Source: an uncultured Candidatus Saccharibacteria bacterium (GTDB lineage: Bacteria; Patescibacteriota; Minisyncoccia; Phycocordibacterales; DATDWN01). Taken from it: DNA of 64,000 bases. The notes beneath the pieces were generated by a model. The model did no database searches. It saw only the letters and a program-made list of their open reading frames with translations, and was not told the origin of the DNA. Where the stretch lies: positions 4,945-68,944 of the forward strand of contig CAZRVD010000003.1 in NCBI GenBank assembly GCA_964603545.1, given 5' to 3'. Position numbers and translations under genes: made by a program. Shown piece by piece: positions 58,440-64,000 of the stretch. Position 1 is the stretch's first letter, and each line of letters opens with the position of its first letter.

Positions 58440-58564
58440 ATGCCCTCCCTTGGGTAGAAACAACGAACAGAAATCCTGAACCTTATGACATTATACACCC
58501 GTTTACTATTATTGTCAAATACAATTTTAGTACTAAAACAACCTTACTTATACGACCAAAATTA

Positions 58565-58903
58565 TCAAAAAATCTTTGTGCCATTTGGCACCTGTCTTTC
58601 GGGTATGGTTAGAACGACGTCCCCGTTTTCATCTGCAAAACCAGTCGTCAAACATTCCGATACAAAAGGACCGATTTTTTTATTTGGGAAATTAACAACA
58701 CAAACAACTTGTTTACCAACAAGCTCTTCTTTTTTATAATGCTTGGTAATTTGAGCACTAGATTTTTTGATTCCTATTTCTTGTCCAAAATCAATTTCTA
58801 ATTTGTAAGCGAGTTTCCTTGCTTCAGGAAAATCATCCACTTTTATTACAGTGCCCACCCTTAGCTCCACTTTTTCAAAATCATTCCAGGTAATCTCATT
58901 CAT
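58565..58903 (-). CDS. csaA: tRNA-binding/export chaperone CsaA
   Basis: DFEKVELRVG, KKSSAQIT, VVNFP.K.IG.F.SE.L. Confidence 0.9.
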   Translation of the reverse strand: MNEITWNDFEKVELRVGTVIKVDDFPEARKLAYKLEIDFGQEIGIKKSSAQITKHYKKEELVGKQVVCVVNFPNKKIGPFVSECLTTGFADENGDVVLTIPERQVPNGTKIF

Positions 58904-58933
58904 ACTAAAATTCTACCACAACCCAACTTAAAC

Positions 58934-59479
58934 TTAGCTACGGTTGTCGTTTAAAAGTTCCTTCATGTGCGAAGCTATGGGGCCTCTAATTACATTGGTA
59001 AGTTTCAAAAGAGATTCTAGCCTTTTTAACCCCTCAACCGTCTTGGACTTAAATTCAATCGTATAAAAATCTTTCAAGCCCTCCACTCTCTCAAGATCCA
59101 CCTGATCTTCGCCAATATTGTACTGCCAACCCGTACGGGTAAACTCAAATTCGTATTTGTATTGATTTAGGAGATTTTCCTCAATAAACTTTTTTGCATC
59201 TTCCTCCAATTCAAATTCTTTCCTAAGTGGTACGTCCGTGTCCACACCAATCTCTTTTTGATAGTGTTTTTTAACAGACACAATTACATCCGCTTCACCC
59301 CAAATATTTTTCTCATAAGTTCTTAATCTCAAAAATTCCTCATCCAGTCCTTTTTTGGGGTTGTATGAAGAATATATTTTGTCAGTTAAAACATACTCAC
59401 CCTTAAAAATTGCTTTGTTCTCTAGGAGAATCTTCCTATAAGTTTCTATTTCTGGAACAAATGACCTAGCTTCTATCAT
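58934..59479 (-). CDS. CYTH-like (class IV adenylate cyclase/triphosphatase) protein
   Basis: N-terminal IEAR, LRLR, D.E.V, IEFK. Confidence 0.65.
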   Translation of the reverse strand: MIEARSFVPEIETYRKILLENKAIFKGEYVLTDKIYSSYNPKKGLDEEFLRLRTYEKNIWGEADVIVSVKKHYQKEIGVDTDVPLRKEFELEEDAKKFIEENLLNQYKYEFEFTRTGWQYNIGEDQVDLERVEGLKDFYTIEFKSKTVEGLKRLESLLKLTNVIRGPIASHMKELLNDNRS

Positions 59480-59487
59480 ATGAAAAA

Positions 59488-59619
59488 TTATTGTATATGA
59501 TTCCTCACCACTTTTTCGTTACTTTTTGCCTCAATTTCCCTCCAATCTTCTTCACTAAAATGTCTACCCTCCGCCTTTCCTTCGTAATGTGCTCGCCAAT
59601 TTTGATACGTCTCTGCTTG
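59488..59619 (-). pseudogene. 3'-terminal gene fragment abutting palindrome B
   Basis: Open frame QAETYQNWRAHYEGKAEGRHFSEEDWREIEAKSNEKVVRNHIQ* with no obvious start. Confidence 0.45.
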
Positions 59620-59641
59620 TGCAACATCGGATGTTGCACAA
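59617..59641. repeat. Palindrome family B
   Basis: TTGTGCAACATCGGATGTTGCACAA. Confidence 0.9.
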
Positions 59642-59644
59642 TTA

Positions 59645-60052
59645 CTAAATTTGATCTTTTTTGAGAGATTTGTAGAGAATTAGGATGAGAGAGAAGACTA
59701 AATATATCAATGAAATAAAAATTGCAACTAAATCTTTTTCTGTGTGTAAAAATTCATCACCACTATACCATGGGACAAAAATTAAAATTAAAATGTAGAT
59801 TATAAAATAAATTATTAAAGTTTTTCTCCATATAGAAAAAATATTTTTGTTCCAAAAATATATAAGAAGTGAAGGAATAATAACGGTCAAGCTAGATAAT
59901 GATACCAACAACAGATAATTCAAAAAACCAACACACAAAGAACTTCCTTCACTACAAATCTTAAATACTGTATATTTGGGAATTAATAGAAAAAAAACTA
60001 TGGACCCAATAACTCCCCAGTAAATCAAGAGTTTGTTTGACAACCAGTTCAT
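59645..60052 (-). CDS. Very AT-rich 4-TM membrane protein
   Basis: Four hydrophobic helices; follows the lipase-fold gene after 15 bp. Confidence 0.65.
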   Translation of the reverse strand: MNWLSNKLLIYWGVIGSIVFFLLIPKYTVFKICSEGSSLCVGFLNYLLLVSLSSLTVIIPSLLIYFWNKNIFSIWRKTLIIYFIIYILILIFVPWYSGDEFLHTEKDLVAIFISLIYLVFSLILILYKSLKKDQI

Positions 60053-60067
60053 AACATAATTCTAACC

Positions 60068-63013
60068 CTAATAACTAATTTTTAAAAGGTCTCCATCCGT
60101 TTTAACAGTAACCACAACAAGCCCTGGTTTTGTACTCACCACTGCCCCGTCCCTGGTTTTCTCCCTTACAACTGTAGTATTGGTTGCCTTTCTGTAGTTA
60201 AATACATACTTTTCCACACCCTTCGCAACAACCCTTGTATCTAAGTCTGTTAGAACTCCTTTCTTTTCCTGCCAATCATAAACTATATCTGTATTTGGAA
60301 GATTTGTTGTAACCCCGTTTCTAATAATTTTGTTATAAGTAAATCTAAATCTCGTTGGGAACTCTATAAATTTAGTAAACGGAATAACTGTTGTGTTACC
60401 CTGGTTGTCTATAAGAGTTGTGGAAGTACTAGTTGTCAGTATTGTTGGATTTGGGTCTATCAAATTTACTGCAGAGAAAACAACGTCCTTTGTACTAGTT
60501 GAGAAAGTAACCTGTAGCTCTGGAGGAGTACTGTCATATACAGTTACACTATTTTCTTTGGCTTCTAGTATTTTATCTACTATTCCATCTCCATTTCCAT
60601 CAATTTTCAGTGTAGAGCTAGCTACACTTGTATTTGGAACTATATTCATTTCTACCAAAGTAGAAACTGTGGATGGAACACCTTGGAAAGAAGTAGTTTC
60701 TATAATATTGTTCCCAACTTGCTTATCTACATCCAGCGAGAAACTCCCACTATGAAGACCCTTAAGTTTCAAAGTAAGTGTTAGGTCGTTTGGAGTAGAA
60801 ATAAACTGTACGTCACCTATTTGCTCATAATTAACATCTGGAATTTCCTCTCTTATTTTACCTGTTACTGGATCCTTTCCTGTATACCTACCAAATGAAT
60901 CTGTTACCCCCAATGTGAGTGGTGAATGAAGTGTGTAATGCAGACGATTTTTACTAGAAATTAAAGTTGATGCATTGTCTACAACTATATTACTTGAATC
61001 AGAAAAAACTGTATTATTAAAAGTTGATGAAATAAAATCTAATATGTTTGGAATTTCTAAAATATCCCTGTGCTTCCTATTTACTCCACCAACCGGATCA
61101 TTGTACTTCCACAAATCCACCCACCACCTCTCAACATTCGGTGTGGATGTAGACATCCACAAGGCACTAGGCACAACAACCGTACCGTCACCATCTACCA
61201 CATACCGAGGTTTGTAAGAAAGATATTCTGTTCCAGAAGAATTCAAATAGGATTTATAATCCACCCCAGCTATTGTTTCCTCTCCCCATCCGGCTATTTG
61301 TATAACTTTGGTTGTAGAAGCTGGTTGCCACAAATCTAATACAGCATGCATACTCTGTGCATCTGCATACAAACCAGAGTTTCCAATATTTGGGTGAACG
61401 GTGTCATCAAAGGCAGGTTTGCTTCTTCCGTCTGTTCCTAAAATATAATTTTTAAGCTCCGTATTATTTGAAACAAAAAGTCCGTACTCTGAAGTCTGTG
61501 GATTGAAAAACGGTTTATCTTCAAAAGTAGCCACCTTATCTACCACAAACCCTGGATCAACTATTGAAAAATATCCTTCAGAAGGTAATAGGTTGTAAAT
61601 AGCCGGCATGTTCTCAGAAAGGTCTCTGGAACGAGCGTTGTCCATAATCAGCCCATAACCCAAACCTTTCCCGTGAAGTAAAGCTACTACGGCATCTGGT
61701 GTTCCCACTTGTGGCACAGCAACAAAAATTATTTTATCTATTTTGTTGTAAATTGGATTGTTGGTATCCTTCAATTTTTGAACTAAAGCTTTTATTACCA
61801 AGCCTCCGTTTGAATGCCCAATGAGTGTCACTTTACCTGTCCCAGAATTTTGCTGTAACTCTTGTAATTTTTTAAGAATGTAACTTTCAGAAAAATTTTG
61901 TGAATTGTTATAGAAAAGTCTGTTTCTAGTTGTACTCGCACCAAATGTTATGATGTCATTTAAAGAAAGTCGCCAGTCATAAGGGATAAAAGCATAGTCA
62001 GGTATAATGCCGTCATTTTTCCAATTTCGGAGTTCTGTTATGAAAGAATTGTAAACATTCGCTCCAAATACTTCATCCATCACTCCAGTCTCCGCTTCAT
62101 CACTTATACTCTGGGTATCGTCTTTTGTATAAATAGGATTTAAACTTTTACCGGTAGTATTAAGTGAAAGTTTGGTATGTTTTGAATCAGATGTTGAAAG
62201 CCACAACTCATCGTCGTGGAAACACTCATTACCAATCAAACTAGTCCCACAATCAATCGTTCCCAATTCTTCATAAAGTCTAGAACTCATTACCCCAGGA
62301 AAAAACATCACGCTCGAATTACCTGTCGGTGGTGGAGATACAACTTCACCAGTAAAAACTGCCGAAACAGTCACAATATTTGTCCCAGAAGAGGCATAAG
62401 TAGTATTCCCACTCAAAATTCTTTGAGCCAAAACTGGTGGATCAATCGACTCAATACTCAAATCACAATTAAAAACTTTTCCTTTTAGGCTTTGCGGAAG
62501 AGGATTCCCGTACTTACTAGAATCATAATCTGCCGGGCATTCACCTTCGAAACATGGCGACTTAATACTTACATTCCAGTCATCCACCGCATCAGTCGGA
62601 CCGTTTATCTCACCGGTCGCAACCAAAGACACATGAGAAGCATCCTGAAGAAAACCAACTTCAGTTACTTCAGTTGTCGTTGATTGGATATTTGGTTCTA
62701 TTCCAATATATGGACAAAGGTTGTAATTTCCATCAATACAGTTGTAATCATCATCATACAAACTACATGACTGAAAACGGTTTATTTTGTAACCCGCCAA
62801 GCCCTCATCCCACTCAAAATGAGAAGCAAAAGCTGGATCAATAGAAATAGCAAGTGGGGTTGTAGTACTTTCAAGAGACGCTAATATAACATTAGTAGAA
62901 GGACTGTTTACCTCATAAAGAGCAAAAAACGCAGAGACAAACGGCGTACTTAGTAGAAAAAAGAGCAATAGTGATAGGGCAAAAACAAATAATGACTTTG
63001 TTTTCTTTTCCAT
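60068..63013 (-). CDS. Large secreted alpha/beta-hydrolase (LCAT/PGAP1-like lipase)
   Basis: Signal peptide from MEKKTK; FFPGVMSS, PYDWR, IGHSNGG, PQVGTP, GDGTV, H; HSP-containing C-terminal domain. Confidence 0.85.
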   Translation of the reverse strand: MEKKTKSLFVFALSLLLFFLLSTPFVSAFFALYEVNSPSTNVILASLESTTTPLAISIDPAFASHFEWDEGLAGYKINRFQSCSLYDDDYNCIDGNYNLCPYIGIEPNIQSTTTEVTEVGFLQDASHVSLVATGEINGPTDAVDDWNVSIKSPCFEGECPADYDSSKYGNPLPQSLKGKVFNCDLSIESIDPPVLAQRILSGNTTYASSGTNIVTVSAVFTGEVVSPPPTGNSSVMFFPGVMSSRLYEELGTIDCGTSLIGNECFHDDELWLSTSDSKHTKLSLNTTGKSLNPIYTKDDTQSISDEAETGVMDEVFGANVYNSFITELRNWKNDGIIPDYAFIPYDWRLSLNDIITFGASTTRNRLFYNNSQNFSESYILKKLQELQQNSGTGKVTLIGHSNGGLVIKALVQKLKDTNNPIYNKIDKIIFVAVPQVGTPDAVVALLHGKGLGYGLIMDNARSRDLSENMPAIYNLLPSEGYFSIVDPGFVVDKVATFEDKPFFNPQTSEYGLFVSNNTELKNYILGTDGRSKPAFDDTVHPNIGNSGLYADAQSMHAVLDLWQPASTTKVIQIAGWGEETIAGVDYKSYLNSSGTEYLSYKPRYVVDGDGTVVVPSALWMSTSTPNVERWWVDLWKYNDPVGGVNRKHRDILEIPNILDFISSTFNNTVFSDSSNIVVDNASTLISSKNRLHYTLHSPLTLGVTDSFGRYTGKDPVTGKIREEIPDVNYEQIGDVQFISTPNDLTLTLKLKGLHSGSFSLDVDKQVGNNIIETTSFQGVPSTVSTLVEMNIVPNTSVASSTLKIDGNGDGIVDKILEAKENSVTVYDSTPPELQVTFSTSTKDVVFSAVNLIDPNPTILTTSTSTTLIDNQGNTTVIPFTKFIEFPTRFRFTYNKIIRNGVTTNLPNTDIVYDWQEKKGVLTDLDTRVVAKGVEKYVFNYRKATNTTVVREKTRDGAVVSTKPGLVVVTVKTDGDLLKISY

Positions 63014-63093
63014 ATTGACCGTCATATTACTCACAGCCCTCCCTTGGTCAATATTGCTCACGCTCCAAAAAAATGTTCTAATTTTTTACTCCA

Positions 63094-63131
63094 GTATTAA
63101 TTCACAGCGATATATCGCTGTGAATTAATAC
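63094..63131. repeat. Palindrome family A, copy 3
   Basis: Perfect 38-bp GTATTAATTCACAGCGATATATCGCTGTGAATTAATAC abutting the stop codon at 63132. Confidence 0.92.
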
Positions 63132-63536
63132 CTATTTTGCATATTTTCTCCAATACTTTTTTCCTATCTTGGGTGGCATTAATCCACCCACCGTCATAAT
63201 GCTCCAAATTATTTTCTCTAGATCTATTTTTTCTCTCTGAGATGTTTTTAAAATGGAATTATACTTCCCTATTTCCATCTTTAGAGAAATCATTGTAATA
63301 GTTGAAGTACTTACCTTTAATATTTCTGAGATTGAAAGCTGTGGTATTTTTGAATTCAACAATAATACAATAGCAATTCTTTTAGCTAGCATTAGCTTTT
63401 CTGTATCGGTCAAAAGTTCATTGACTACCCCAGACAACAACTTTTTATTCTGAGATTTATTCAAGATCAGTATTAGATCATTAAATAACTTGTCTGAAAG
63501 TTCCTTATCCAATTCCTTACTAGAGATATGTGGCAT
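63132..63536 (-). CDS. TrpR/YerC-YecD-like HTH protein
   Basis: ELLTDTEKLMLAKRIAIVLLL...ISEILKVSTSTIT. Start reassigned to MPHIS at 63536. Confidence 0.8.
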   Translation of the reverse strand: MPHISSKELDKELSDKLFNDLILILNKSQNKKLLSGVVNELLTDTEKLMLAKRIAIVLLLNSKIPQLSISEILKVSTSTITMISLKMEIGKYNSILKTSQREKIDLEKIIWSIMTVGGLMPPKIGKKYWRKYAK

Positions 63537-63556
63537 ATATTCATCAATTATTGATA

Positions 63557-63588
63557 ATATTTCACAGCGATATATCGCTGTGAAATAT
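63557..63588. repeat. Palindrome family A, copy 4
   Basis: Perfect 32-bp ATATTTCACAGCGATATATCGCTGTGAAATAT, 20 nt upstream of the ATG. Confidence 0.92.
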
Positions 63589-63726
63589 ATTAATGGCGAA
63601 TTATAGGATGTCAAATGAGAGAATGTCAAAGGATTGAGAACTAAGAAATCTAGAGTAAGTAAAATTTTAAAATAAGAAAAAGCAATCTTGCTATTTATTA
63701 TTACAAAAAAACAATCCGCGATAGTT

Positions 63727-64000
63727 TTAGACAAAGCCGGGGAAGAAATCCGTTTTGATTTGTGAGCCGGGAACACCAAGTTTTTGGAGGGTCGTTTCAA
63801 ATGTAGATACCATTCCGTGAGTACCAGATATGTAGAACATTCTGTCTTTGTAATCTGGAACTTCTTTTGTAATCATATCCCCTGTTATAAAACCGGTACG
63901 CATATTATTTAAATCAGTATTTGTTCCAGACTCATTTACAACATATATATTTTTCCAGCCCACTTCCCTATTTGCTGTGTCAAAAATATCTCTATAGGCG
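63727..64000 (-). CDS. C-terminus of a ferredoxin-reductase-type FAD/NAD(P)-binding oxidoreductase (partial)
   Basis: FYISG.HGMV...LQKLGV...IKTDFFPG. Confidence 0.75.
   Translation of the reverse strand, partial: AYRDIFDTANREVGWKNIYVVNESGTNTDLNNMRTGFITGDMITKEVPDYKDRMFYISGTHGMVSTFETTLQKLGVPGSQIKTDFFPGFV

Noticed and set aside
16590-58520. GC-rich cassettes as a classical integron or prophage
   Set aside because: No intI, no consistent RYYYAAC/GTTRRRY attC ends seen, the units are dispersed in both orientations with their own promoters, and there are no phage structural genes.
63537-63800. N-terminal 88 aa of the 222-aa ORF
   Set aside because: It reads through palindrome A and overlaps the upstream oxidoreductase; the TrpR-like protein starts at MPHIS (63536).

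Overview
AT-rich bacterial chromosome segment in genetic code 11 (TGA is used as a stop). Gene content points to a Patescibacteria/CPR (Parcubacteria-like) genome; this is an inference from the compact alaS and uvrC, DUF5671/DUF5667-like proteins and the absence of biosynthetic operons. The backbone is mostly on the minus strand and carries alaS, mnmA, two mltG, leuS, ychF, ddl, uvrB/uvrA/uvrC, tgt, xseAB, a DEAD-box helicase, an ABC-F ATPase, msrAB, csaA and tRNA-Ala(TGC). It also has an ECF sigma with a cytochrome-b5-containing partner, a SipW/TasA-like fibre operon and a large lipase-fold protein. Three unusual layers sit on this backbone. (1) About 15 visibly GC-richer single-gene units lie between host genes. 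Nearly all have their own TTGAC-type promoter and a strong Shine-Dalgarno, and each ends in a hairpin terminator. Host genes, by contrast, mostly look leaderless, with a -10 box about 6-10 nt before the ATG. (2) There are several families of short palindromes. Two families bracket small genes: a GIY-YIG nuclease lies inside 22-bp inverted repeats whose empty hairpin versions precede the TasA-like paralogues, and a TrpR-like gene lies between two CACAGCGATATATCGCTGTG palindromes. A third family sits in frame inside uvrC. (3) Some hairpin elements have one arm that is an inverted copy of the 3' end of the neighbouring gene (ychF, tRNA-Ala). No CRISPR array, integrase or transposase was seen. All product calls come from motif recognition by eye, with no database search.
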